Shown here piece by piece: positions 1 through 12,656 of a stretch of DNA of 64,000 nucleotides. This DNA is from Lingula anatina (taxonomy: Eukaryota; Animalia; Brachiopoda). The position numbers and the translations under genes are program-made. The notes beneath the pieces are model-generated. The model did no database searches. It was given only the letters and a program-made list of their open reading frames with translations, and was not told the DNA's origin. The stretch spans positions 21,948,001 through 22,012,000 of the forward strand of contig CM120646.1 of NCBI GenBank assembly GCA_051362555.1, given 5' to 3'. Within the stretch, counting starts at the first letter, position 1. Each line of letters starts with the position of its first letter.

Positions 1-1205
1 ATCAAGATTCCTTTGTTTCTCCACTGAAACAAGACCTAGAGCAATGCAAGCTTGCAGTCCCAGTACTGGCACTGTTTTTTGTTTTGTAACAAACACTTCT
101 CCAATGGTTTTACGTCCATTTGACATGCTCATATCTATTTTTGCTCTGCCAATGTGCTCTACCACTGCACCACCAAACGCTTTAAGTATGGTATGAGATT
201 GTTCTAGTTTGGGTCTACCTGCTATCTTTCTCCATATTTTCTGGGGTATGGAGCTGGTTTCTGCACCTGTGTCTATCTTCATTCTAATATGAGAGTCAGC
301 TACCTTTACATTTTCAAACCATGCACGCTGATCTTCATTCCTGGACACACTGCCTATACTCAGCTCTATTGTTCCCATAAAACACTCATCACTGTGTTGA
401 ACTGCACTGTTATCATCATTACTTAGTTCATGGACATTTACAGTAGCTCTACAACAACTTTTGAAGTGGTTGTTACCTTTACACCTGTAACATGTCCGTC
501 CCCACGCAGGGCAGTCTGTGTGCTGATTTGGACCATGGATTCTCTTACAACGTGTGCATAACTTGGTGTGTCGATTATCTTTCTTCTGAGAAAACTTCGT
601 TGAGGGTTGTCTCTTACCCTTCTGTATCGTGGATACACTGGAAGTTGCAGCTGCGGCACCACGTGCGAGCCCAGACATAGAGTCAACTTCCTGCTTAGTG
701 ATCTCCGCCGCCCGGCAAATGTCTATAGTTTTCTCGAGGTCCAAATTTTTCTCCCGTAAGAGCCTTTCCTGCAGCCTTTTGTCCTGTGTAAACACTATTT
801 TGTCCCTTACCATGTTGTCGGTCTCAGCAAAATCACACTTTGCCGCAATGGCCTTGACCTTTACCAGGTAATCGTCAAAAGGCATAGAGTCTCGCTTTAA
901 GTTCCAAAAGCTGAATCTATTAAAAACGATCCTCTTCTCACCGCACAGTTCAGTGTCAAATTTATCTAAGACTGTCTCGTAACTCTCTTTATCACCTGCT
1001 TCGTTCCAGTTAAACTGGTTGAAACGTTTTACTCCCTCCGGTCCCATGCACGTGAGTAGCATGGCGATTTTTGTGGCGTCTGTTTTCTCCACTGCTTCTT
1101 TGGCTACCAGAAAAAGTTGGAACATTTGTTTCCATTCCCTCCAATTCTAGCTAACATCGCCATCAAAAGAAAACTTTGGTGGGGGCTTGAAGTCATTCAT
1201 CCCGA

Positions 1206-1216
1206 TCCTGACACCA
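1206..1216 (-). promoter_or_regulatory. Primer-binding site TGGTGTCAGGA (complementary to the tRNA-Leu 3' end)
   Basis: TGG start immediately after the LTR-terminal CA; complements ...TCCTGACACCA. Confidence 0.75.
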
Positions 1217-1347
1217 TGTAATGTTACGAGCGGAGGAGCGCACACCAGACGACACGTTGTTAATAATTACTCAACTGCAGCACACAGCCGCGCTTTATTC
1301 TAATTGGATAATATTACATAATGTGCATGACGCACCACTATGTGACA
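1217..1347 (-). repeat. Short (about 131 bp) 5' LTR of the Gypsy element
   Basis: Reads TGTCACA...ATTACA on the minus strand, contains AATAAA, and is followed directly by the PBS. Confidence 0.7.
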
Positions 1348-1431
1348 GGACGGACATTAAAGCCGGATTATCTGACAGTAATCTAGTGAGACTCCCCGTG
1401 GGGATAGATCGATCTAAAAGCTCTGGGAATA
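1348..1431 (+). mobile_element. Right half of the 200-bp MITE family, interrupted by the Gypsy insertion
   Basis: Matches 19767-19850 (attatctgacagtaatctagtgagactcccc...gatagatcgatctaaaag). Confidence 0.75.
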
Positions 1432-1597
1432 CAGCCTTACTCGTGGTTTAAGTTCATGTAAGACAATCTGTGATCTTAAATTGCACTTTAAGATCAAATC
1501 AAGCCCACTAGTGCCGGACAATGCCCCCCAGGACAATCCCCCACTCCCCAAGAATATACATTTATATACAAATATAGAGGAAGAGTAAAACATTCAA

Positions 1598-2130
1598 TTT
1601 TTATGTACAGACACAGATGTGTCCGTACATATTGCCATCACCTGCGTCTGTCATTGCCGTCGCCAATGCCGATGCTGTCGCCGGCGCCGTGCACTTTCCT
1701 TGTAAAACTTTTTGGCTTTATATTTACAGAGCTGATGAATATTCATAAAACGCAGGTCAAGTTCGAAAATCAGCATGATCGGGCCATTATTGTAGAAGTT
1801 TTTTCACTTTTCAGCATATATGCAACCTTGTAAACACATTTTAAGGAAAACCACTAGGCCTGTTGTCATGAAACTCACAGGAGTAATCAATCTTACTAAA
1901 ACGCAGGTCAAGTTCGAAAATCAGCATGATCAGGCCACTATTTTAGTAGTTATGCGTTTTTTTCATTGTTCAGCATATATGCAACACTGTAAACACAATA
2001 TAAGAAAAACAGAAAGCCCAATTGTCATTAAACTCACAGGAATGGTCAGTCTTACTAAAACGCAGGTTGAGTTCAAAAATCAGCATAATCGGGGCATTAT
2101 TTTAGAAGTTATGCTGTTTTTTCACATTTC
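1598..2130 (+). mobile_element. Non-autonomous (probably Helentron-associated) element with an internal tandem array
   Basis: Repeated aaaacgcaggtcaagttcgaaaatcagcatgatc units; the same family occurs at 63780-64000. Confidence 0.55.
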
Positions 2131-2529
2131 CTCAGATTTCCTCAGATTTAATTCTTAGGAATGTTAATAGCCTTATTATTTAAGTAATAAGATACGTAAA
2201 AGTGTTTGTTTGACATTTCCTGCATCTTTACAACATTGTTAGTTGATTATGTAAAAATGATGGTAAACTTGTTATCATGTATTGTGTAATCAAGTGTCAA
2301 AAACGGAAATAAACTCATATCATTGCAGTTTGTCAGATTCAATCATCCACTATGTTCAGAATCTCAGAATGGAGGAAATTGGACATTTAACACTGTTCTA
2401 TTGATACATTTTCTCATCTCATCAATTTTCTTAGTTGGTCATAAAAAATGGCAGTAAAATGTTTATTTTGTTTTATGTTAAAAAAGTGTTAAAAACGGAA
2501 ATAAACCCATTTCAGAACAGTGCTGTCTT

Positions 2530-4060
2530 GTTTACATTTTGGCATTTTCAAGATGTGACTTTGAAGTTCCATGGGCCTGAAGACCTTTGCTAGTCACATT
2601 TTCTGAATATCTGTGATACTAATATTTTATAATTAAAAATTATGCTGTTAAACATTATGTAATATTGCAACAAAATTTGAAGAAACCCCTATTTCGGGCA
2701 CTGCTCCGATGATGACCATTTAAGGAAAATCATGTCACTTACTGTTCTCAAACTTACAGGAAAGAAACATGGGACTAAAATACAGCTTCAGTAGGCAATG
2801 CAGTCTGTTTGGTAACTTTTTCTGGCAGTTAAACAGTTTTTTGTGAAAATTTAATTTTTCACATGTTGGCATTTTTAAGGTGTGACTTTGAAGTTCCATG
2901 ATTGTGAAGACCTTTGCTTGTCATGTTTTCTGAATGTCCATGTTACTAATATTTTATTAATAACATTTGATGGTCATTATGCTGTTAAACATTATGTAAT
3001 GTTACATCAAAATTTGAAAAAAAAACCCTATTTTGGGCACTGCTCCTATGATGACCATTTAAGGGAAATCATGTCACGTACTGTTCTCAAACTTACAGGA
3101 AAGAAACATGGGTCTCACATACAGCTTCAGTAGGCAATGCAGTCTGTTTGGTAAATTTTTCTGGCAATTTAACATTTTTTTGTGAAAATTTAATTTTTCA
3201 CTTCTTGGCATTTTCAAGGTGTGACTTAGAACCTCCACGGGCTTGAAGACCCATGCTAGTCACATTTTCTGAAAATCCATGACACATATATTTTATTATT
3301 AAAATTGATGTATTATGCTGTTAAGCATTATGTAATGTTGCATCAAAATAGAAGAAAACACAATTTTTGGTGCTTCTGCCATGATGACCATTATGGGAAA
3401 ACCGTGTTACTTATGATTGTCAAATTTTCAAAAAAGAAACACAGGAATAAAATGCAGCCCGAGTTGGAAAAGCAGTCTAATTGGCTTCTTTTTCTGGAAG
3501 TTATACATTTTAGTGAAATATTCATTATCTTTTTGGCATATTCATTGTGGGACTCGGAGCTCCCATGGACATGGATGGTAATCAAATTTTCTACATGTTC
3601 ATGCTATTTATAGTCAATAATCAAAAATTGGTGATAATTATTCTGTAATTTATTAAGTAATGTTACATCAAAATTGACAACAATCTTTTTGCACTGCTAC
3701 TGCAAACATTATGAAAAGAAAACTGTGTAACTTATTATTATTTTTAACTTACAAGTATGATTTTTAGGATTGGCATGCAGTTCAAATTAGAAAGCCAGGT
3801 CAATTGGGTTATCATTTATTATTGAATTTTATGCAATTTTGTGTGAAATTTCATTTTTCTCATTCTGGCACTTTCTAAGTATAAACTTGAACTCTGATGG
3901 GCCTGAAGCCTTATGCTTTTACTTTCGTTGATGTTACCTGTTGTGCAAAATTAAAATTTGATGTTGACTGTGCAGTTAAACATAATGTATTATTGCATCA
4001 GAATTGGTAGTCTCCTATTTTGTGCTTTTCTTAAGTTGTGACTTATGGGCCTGAAAGACC
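2530..4060 (+). repeat. Degenerate tandem array, unit about 330 bp
   Basis: The anchor ttggcattttcaag-tgtgactttgaagttccatgggcctgaagacc recurs near 2540, 2865, 3205, 3535 and 3865. Confidence 0.8.
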
Positions 4061-4357
4061 TTTGAGAGGGTCAGTCTGTAAATTTCCCTTGGGTATCACT
4101 TAGCTAATTTCAGTGTTATAAAGTAATTTGCCTAATTAAACGGCCATTAAATGAGATTACATAAAGCACACTTGTTGATATTTCCCTGTAAACTCCCATA
4201 GGTTAAGCTCTCTGCTAGATTAATAATAAGGAAGCAGTGATAATTATGCAGGTGAATTTTGTTTAATATTGCAAATAAGTTTTTAAGATATATATATATA
4301 TATATATATATCAAACTCAAAGATTAAAAGTTTGAATAGCAGCTTCATTGGAATTAT

Positions 4358-4538
4358 ATTTACCTCTGCCAAGGAGGTTATATTTTCACCCCTGTTTGTC
4401 ATCAACATAAGTTATGGACCGATTTTGCTGAAATTTTCAGGAACTGTCAGAAGTGGGCCAAAGAGGACAATAATCAATAATAATCAACAATTGCTACCTT
4501 GGCAGAGGTCTGCACTCTCGGAGTGCTTTTCTAGTTTT
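4358..4538 (+). mobile_element. Short Helentron-type non-autonomous element (HINE/DINE-like)
   Basis: Sub-terminal IR acctctgccaagg (4362-4374) / ccttggcagaggt (4497-4509), 3' hairpin gcactctcggagtgc, end ctagtttt. Confidence 0.75.
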
Positions 4539-5980
4539 GTTATGTTTTCCTTTATAATTTTTTCTCAAACGCTTGCATTTGTGACTTTTAACTCTCATCC
4601 GCCTGAGCCTCTGACATTTCTGTATTTCCACATAAGCAGTTGTATTGTTTTTTATGTCTTTAAACATTGTTACTTATGTAATATTATTTTATGCACTGTC
4701 ATCATTTTTCAAATATTGAGACTTTCATCATGTGAATTTAAACTCATGGTCCTGAAACTGTAATCTTATTGAAAGGGTAGATTGATACCATCTTCTGGGT
4801 CTTCCGGAAGACAGTCAGGTTATTAAGTTTATATTGCCTGGTATCTATTTTTTCTTCTGTTGGAAGACCATCAAAATGGAGGATGGATCAAAATAGATAC
4901 TTTGGAATACTGTCAGAAAATATCTCTGGGTCCACTCATGTTATTGACCATTTTACCTGTTGTGCATGATTAAAATTTAGTGTTGACTGACAGTGCTATT
5001 ATAAGCATTATTTATTATTGCATCAAAATTGACAAAATGACCTATTTTGCATCTTTATTTTCTGTTTTTTGTCTGTACATTTGACAGCTTTGCTGCCTTG
5101 TTTTCATATATTTAACAAATATTTTTTAGTGTTATCATGCAACTCGTTTGTTTAATGATGAAGTAGTATTATCACACTAGAAATATTAATAAATTGGATG
5201 ATATGTTTAAACTTAACACTAGTATTTACTCTATTTTTGTATATAAATATATATTTCTTTGGGGGGTTATCTTGGCATCAAATAAACATTTCAAGTGTCA
5301 GAATTTGTCTCCAAATGAGAAAATGATTTAAAAAATGTGATTCTGCACTTAAACCACAAATATGATAGGTGTATTGCATGTAAGTAGGTGGTTGAAACCA
5401 GAACTTACTTTTTGAAGTGTCAGTAGTTTCCTAAAATAGCATACACTGTACATTCCATAAGACTGTAGTACACCTGTCATTGAACCTTTCAACCCACCAA
5501 ACAGAATGATGTTAATTTTAAATAATGGCTTGCGATTGCACCTTGAGCTTCAGATCAGATTCAGCTTCTGGTATGGTATATGATATAATAAGTATATCCT
5601 GACCCTCATTTATTTTTATTATAACTCTTTTTTGCCAATTAATAAAGGTTGCACAAGGCCATTGGATTGCATAGATGTTGGAAGTTGTATATGGGGGAAT
5701 GATTTACTGATTATATAAATCAACTTCTTAGTGGTAGCTTTAGATGGTTTTATTTACCTGAAATCACAACTGAACTGTTCATGAATTTCTCATGGTTCAA
5801 TTTTGTGGGTGTTACAAACCAGTGTAGCTATGACACTTTATTAGACCCCTATTTGGTACTGTAAAGTATGAGAGTTCAAGCAGACTATAACCCCATTAAC
5901 AGCAATAAAATTTGCCTGCCAGAATCTGAAACTCAGGTAGCAACATTTGAACATTTTATAACTTACTAGGATGTAATATA

Positions 5981-7599
5981 CAGACTTGACATTTTATATG
6001 GAATATTTTTTCCACATCATTTTTCATCAGTTTTTTTTTCTTTTTTTTTTTTTTTTTTTTGCTGACTGATAACTTAAAATAAGGATTAAAATAATGATCT
6101 CTCTGATGTTATTGTGACATCAGGTCATACCAGTGAAGCAAACAAAAATACATTCTTTATTCTAAGTCATTAAACGAGCATTAAAAATTATACTTTGGAT
6201 CTCCATATTTTCCAAATTATCGTGTGTAAAAGAGTAACATACCTCACAAAGGACCCTCATGTCAGTGTCTAGTCACAGAAAAGTTCACTGTTACGCTTGG
6301 CCTCATCTGGTTGCTACCAGGACTCTTAAGCAGAAAAGCATTCCTTGGGATAGGTTTTTAGAGTTTAATCTGGAATAACATTCCAGGCATTGGTCAAAAC
6401 TTGTCTAGTTTGGTTCAGTTATTTTGTGGGACATGTAGACCATTGATTAGGCGAGTATTGATCTACCCACATATTGCCTAGTACTAGTATGTGGTTCAAA
6501 TATGGCAATTTTGATGGCCTTAGTAGCTGCTCATTCACTTGGTTGATCAAAGTTATCTGCTATTAAAAGTGCTCTGTGTGAACCAGCAATCTCATTGTGC
6601 CATGATAAATTGTTCGAAAGGTGCCTTTTATCAAATGATAGCAAATTAGTTTCCATATTATTCCTTTATTTGATGTTCATATTTTCAGATGACTGTCATT
6701 GTTTTTTTGGCACCAATGTGAAATCCACTCCAAATGCTGATGCTTTTAATGACCCTTAGGCTAATCACTTAGATACGGCACATGCTTCATTGTAGGCTTC
6801 ATTAAGATGTCTGTAAACTCTGTTTTGACTAGATGGAATCTGACTTCAATAAAGAAAGCCGTGCAGTTTCAGTGTTCTACCCAGAAACGGTGATGGCCCC
6901 CAATTCATACGAGAAACAGCCAATGATGTTTTGCTATTTACAGTGGCTTCCTCAAATGTTATCTAAAACCAGTTTGATGTCTGCTTAGGGCCTTGAAAAA
7001 TGCATTCTGATGGCGATTTGCCTCATTCTGAACAAAATTGGCTGTTTTTATTTAGTTGCAGCAGCATACCTGGAAGGACAGTGAGCCCTGGGTGTGACCA
7101 TTGGGTGTGACCTCTGTGTAGGTACATCAGTCTGGGCATAGCTCTATAAAACTGTGCTGACCATTCCTTGTTACACAGTAATCTGCTTGGCAATGTCTGC
7201 ATATGTCTTTTTTGAGCCATTCTGGCACAAATTAACAATTTTATAAAACACTGCTTAACTCATTTTGAGCACTGCAAAACCAACCACTTGCATGTGAAAT
7301 ATCAAATTCTTATATTCAGTAGTAGCCTACATATGGATACTTTTTTGAGAGAACCATGCCTCGCCAAAGCCAAACTTTACCAGCCCAAAGGTGCACCAGC
7401 CAATTAAATCACTGCACAATACATAATGCAGCAGTGCAGCAGACATGGTAGTCAGTTAATTGATAGTGACCCACCTGACTACACACTTATCCATTCATAT
7501 TATATCTTATATAAGATCTGAGTTGTTTTTTTTATGAAGAACACATTTTACCTAGGCATACCTTGAAACTGAAATATTCCATATTAAATGTCAAGTCTA
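5981..7599 (-). mobile_element. Degenerate Tc1/mariner element
   Basis: TIR of about 30 bp, cagacttgacatt(t/a)atatggaatattt, after TA; whole-length inverted homolog of 60657-62317. Confidence 0.85.
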
Positions 7600-10500
7600 A
7601 ATATATATTAAAGAAAGACGCACTTTGAATAAATTTGGTATTATATTTAAAGTTAACATCAATGTTTTGTAGGTGGAGGATGCCAACGAGTATAAGTGTT
7701 CTACTTATTCATCCAACATGGATCCAGAGTCCTTCATCACTTTGGAAAATGAATGTTTGAAGATAGTTATTACAGCTCATTTTACCTTACAGATGTGTTT
7801 GATCAATTTCATGCCTTGTAGTTTTATGTAAATATTTGGTTTTATGTTAGACCCACAAATTATTCCTGAATTTAGAGTGAGAAACGTAGATATTTGATTC
7901 TTAGATTGTTACATACAGGGAAGGCAATGCATTGGAACTTTAGATATTATATATTGAGAGATGTTGCAGGAGGACTGCAAATGTCCTCTTTACTTCTTAT
8001 CTAATGTTGACTTAATTTGCATAACACAAAATTTGTCGGTGCTACAAAAGAAACCAAGATACTTTTTGTAATGTTGCATACTTTTATATTTAATGGGACT
8101 AAGCTTGAAAAAAGCAAGTGGAACATACAAGGTATTGAAGTGTGGTATATTATTCCAAGTCAGAAAGTAAAAAAGTTTTATGGCCTTTGAAGTGACTTGA
8201 GGAGCCATCTTCAAAAATAATTCAAGGTATGCAGTCAGATTATCACGTTTCCTTCCTAGTAGAAATTTTTTGAAATTGCTTAAAGACAAATTAATTTGGT
8301 TGAAACAAATGGGTTGCTGTAGTATGGTGAATTAATACATGATGGCTATACTCTTCATACATAGTGTACATGTTACTGCAGATATATAAATTGCATTATA
8401 GCTGTATTCTAATTTGAAATTATATTAACTCATGGTTAGGCATGTTAAATTTTAGTAGAAATAGTTTGTCCATATTTTGTGTTTGATCACACCATATGTA
8501 GTGTTGATTTTTATGAATTGTGAGTCAAAAATTTGCCAAATTGGGGGAAAAGAGTTGAAAATTAGTGTCAGTTAAATATATGGGTCATACTTTTGAGGAC
8601 AAAGTAATCGACTTAGATGGTTATTTTACGTACAGGTACTATATTTTTCATTAGTTATATAATTTTATAAAACAATACTTGAAGGTGCTCTTTTTATCAA
8701 TACATTTGATTGCTTTGCTATTTTCTTTAAGTCTAACACATTTTCAATTGCCTAATTTCTTTGACTCAGTTCAGCTTGCTTTGTGATCTTAACAGTAATA
8801 CTAATTTTGATACGTTTTACCTGCTTTCATACTAAAAACTTACACTTTTACAATTGTATGGTTTATATTCTGTATGTCTGCCTTTGTGATTTAATCATCT
8901 GACCCTCTTTGTTTTTTATAAAATTATGGGTGTCATAGGATTAACAAAGTGATTTATTGTTTGTTTTAAAATGCATTAGAAAGATTAGAGAAGGTGCTAA
9001 AAGCTGCCACTTGCCTGTTTGTTTGTAAGATTTTCTGATATTCTATGTGTAAATTACCTTTTTTTCTTTCTGTGCTATAAGTTCAGGGTGAAAATAAAGA
9101 GATGCGTTTTGAACAATGTCATTATTAATAGCTAAAGCCAATGTCTGCAGTAACTTTCATCATACTGATCACATAGTTATTAAAATAGTTGCATCTGTGA
9201 CTTTAGAATAATTGCTACTCTGTTGGCATATCTGTGCTTTAAACACTTAAATTAACATCAAGTAATTTAGAAATTGTTTTGAAGGTATTAAACTAAATTT
9301 CAAATTGTCATATTTTGTATTAGGTATATCGTTGTAGGGATTTAATATGTTGTTTTTCTTTTTAAATGCTGTATTTATAAAATTGAATAAAGCATTGCTA
9401 GCTAGAAAATACACTAAAATCTCACCTAGGTAGATAACCACCAATCTGCTTGGGTTAGGATGGTCAACTGTGGCATATGTATTGCTTTAATTTATAGATA
9501 TATCACATAAATGTCTCATAAAATGAAGTAAACTAGCATAGTTATCTGCTAAGATAATTATGTCTTGATAGAAGCAGGTGTGTACTTTTTTTTACAATTT
9601 TTTCCTAATGAATGATTTAGTTTTGGTCACTCTTTATCAATACACAAATTTAACCCATGTTGCAAATCATTTTATTCCATGTTACTTCATATTTTCGATG
9701 TCATGTAGCATATGTTAAAATGATCGAATAAAATGATTTTGTAATATTTTTAATTGTACTTCCAAATATATTTCCATTATCTTAGGTGGAAATGGCTGCA
9801 GTGAAATCCATCATTATGAAAACACTGTTTCGCCTGATACAGAAAAGTAAGTGGGGGCGGCAAACTTATTTTGAATACTTTATTTATTTATTTATTTATT
9901 TATTTATTATTATTATTTTTATTTTATTTTATTTTATTTTTTTTATTTTTTATTTTTTTTTGACAATCAAATTTTAATCCTGTTTGAATTATAGTCAATG
10001 TGTATTGACATTTCTGTATTTTAAATTCCCCTATTGCCAAAAATATGAAGAAAATTGCTCTTATAAACATTTTTCACAGTTCATTGCTGGTTGCTTTATC
10101 TAGATATATAAAGATAACTATAACATTATATTTGTCAGCTTCATTTGTTTAAAGCATATATTTCATTGTCGAGCTTGCACTCCCTCTGTTTTCCCCTTGT
10201 ATAGGTAAGGGAAGTGTGGCACGTGCTTTAAAATGTGTTATAAAAGCTTAGGAAGCTTCATTGTTTTATATACAGGCGCAAAAAGAAAAAGAAGAAGAAG
10301 AAAGAACTAAAACCAGAAGTTCAGAGGGTAGCTGTCCCAAGGAAGCTTCCACCTTTACCAAAGTGATTTTTGCATACAAAGGATTATGTGACTATTGCAT
10401 CTTTAAAATCAACCATAACTTTTATGACAGCATTGCAATAACAGTTATATTGCTGAGGTAAACAGACAATCAAATATGACTTTTCCAAATATAGATGGGG

Positions 10501-10718
10501 GTTCCCTCATTTGTAATGAGAATATACAATAGCTGTCTTTTGGGATAACAAAGGAATGTCACCAAGGAGATCAGTGAATAACATACAAGAATAACTTTGT
10601 TTACCTGAATTTCACAGAATAAAACAAATTTATTCGGTGTAATGCCAAGTATGTTATGGAAGATAGTAATGTCCTATTCAAAATACTGTTACTGTTTGCA
10701 CTCTTCATCGCTTTGTTT

Positions 10719-10781
10719 CAGTGAACAGCTAAAGCTATTTTATTTATTCATTTATTATTTGCGAAACAGGGCCCAGTATGG

Positions 10782-10858
<77 letters not shown>

Positions 10859-10872
10859 GCTTTAGCTGTTCA

Positions 10873-10948
<76 letters not shown>
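10719..10948. repeat. (TA)n microsatellites with a 24-bp inverted repeat
   Basis: cagtgaacagctaaagctatttta (10719) / taaaatagctttagctgttcactg (ending 10875) flank a TA run; a second TA run follows. Confidence 0.85.
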
Positions 10949-10966
<18 letters not shown>

Positions 10967-12134
10967 TTTGTATTTTATAGTTCTCATGAACAAGAGGCCT
11001 TACTTCACTTGTTTAATAATCCATGATTTTATTATTATGATCACCATTGTTTATTTTTTATTATTTTCTTCATTATAATTTATTAAATTTTTTTTAATCT
11101 TTTTAATGTTTATTTTTTTTTTAGCCTAGGATTCCTAGTGCAATATAATCTTTCTTCAACTGCACAAAATTGTAATTATTTGTTTTCTGTAATTTTATCA
11201 TTCTTATAATCAGTCTGCATATATTTGAAGAAAAGCTTTTGATTTCTTGTGATGTATATCTTTATATCAGATTCTGTAAGATGTCTTTTTTTCTCTAATT
11301 TTTTGTGAACTTGTTTTCTAATGTACACATGCATAGTTAAACAACAGGATGATAACTATCAGGGTATTTTTTTCATTTCTACTTAACTGTTTTCACTGTT
11401 ACTTAACAAGAGTATCTGTAAATCTGTTCTGTTTTATAGCAAGACCACCAATTAGTGAAAGATCTTATAAAAATGGTTAATCATTCAATAACTTTGGCTG
11501 TGATGTAATGGTTTGCCTGATATTATTGGAATAAAACTACAGTAGTTAGACTATTTATGAAAGGAATATTGCAGCTAAAGACTGTGTTACCAGCCATAAC
11601 CCTATGGTACTAGCAGGATTGATCTGTATCAGCTGGTATTCTTGCTAAGGTGCAGTCATTGTCATCAGCTTAATTGTCTGGCACACCCCTTTGCAAAGCA
11701 ACATCAACAACATCACGGACTACAATTTTTTTCCAATTTAAGTTACAAGGGGCTGTACCAAACATTTAAGCCTGCTTAAACTGAATGCAATTTGGGGAGA
11801 ATCGCCCAGGAGTTAGATTGATCCAGCTAGTTGATAAGGTTATGGGAAAGGTCCCTAAAATGGTCTGTCATTATTGTATATGTACAAATATACAGATGTA
11901 GAATATGACTTTTAAGCACATCAGTTACATATCAAGTGTATGCTGCATATTGGATTTTAAATTGGATTGTCATGGAATTCTGCATAAATGTGTGCACTTT
12001 ACAGCGTGGTTACTTTTAATATCAGTTATTTTTAATTTATAGAATGGAAGTGGTTTTGATATACAAAAGTCATCATAATGAAAAAGAGAACTTTTCTATC
12101 CTGATCACAGTCGGGTTCTACTGTTGGTTAGTGT

Positions 12135-12290
12135 AATTTATGTGTGCATGAATTGAGAGGAGTCTCTGAGGCTAGTTTGCTGTCAGCAATTTCGTGAATT
12201 TCTTCAATTACAACACAATAAGTTGTTAGTTGAAAATGTCGACCATTTTATTGACATCTGTACTTTGATTAATATACAAAGTACGAATTC
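12135..12290. repeat. Dispersed repeat with an inverted copy at about 18665-18810
   Basis: tgtgtgcatgaattgagaggagtctctgaggctagtttg versus caaactagcctcagacactcctctcagttcatgcacaca. Confidence 0.75.
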
Positions 12291-12656
12291 AAAATACATA
12301 TAGTTAAATAATATCATATGAATGATACTCATGTATGGTAAATGATTTACAATTTTCAGATTAAAATTTTACGTTTCAGCAAAGATGGAGGGAAAAAGGG
12401 CCAAAGATACAGACTGTTCACTGTTAGTGTAATTTACCTCATACACAGCCATCTGGCATTTCGTTTTTCATATTTAGGAAATTAATAGCTTTCAACTGTA
12501 AATATTGTGCTTTACAGGTAGAATATGAATTTATGTGAAGATGTATCTGAAGTTGTAATTGATAATAATAATACATACTGTTCTTGTCTCAGGTATTGTT
12601 TTACGCTGTTGCACTAATTACATAATACCCTCCATTTCAGAATTCCAAAAACTAGC

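Larger units (their letters stand above)
1..1347 (-). mobile_element. Ty3/Gypsy LTR retrotransposon 5' part (LTR, PBS, gag, protease), continuing beyond the left edge of the window
   Basis: The minus strand from ATG 1200 reads MNDFKPPPKFSFDGDVS*NWREWKQMFQLFL...MVRDKIV...LQERLLREKNLDLEKTIDICRAAE (gag). A CX2CX4HX4C-type knuckle lies at about 445-500 and the aspartic protease motif KIDTGAE at about 258-285. There is an early in-frame TAG. Confidence 0.9.

Noticed and set aside
1603-4763. ORF-track proteins in the 1.6-4.8 kb region
   Set aside because: Translations of tandem or TE repeats with no domain signal.
7600-12650. Possible host gene exons in the AT-rich stretch
   Set aside because: Isolated AG/GT candidates but no consistent coding frame or recognisable domain.
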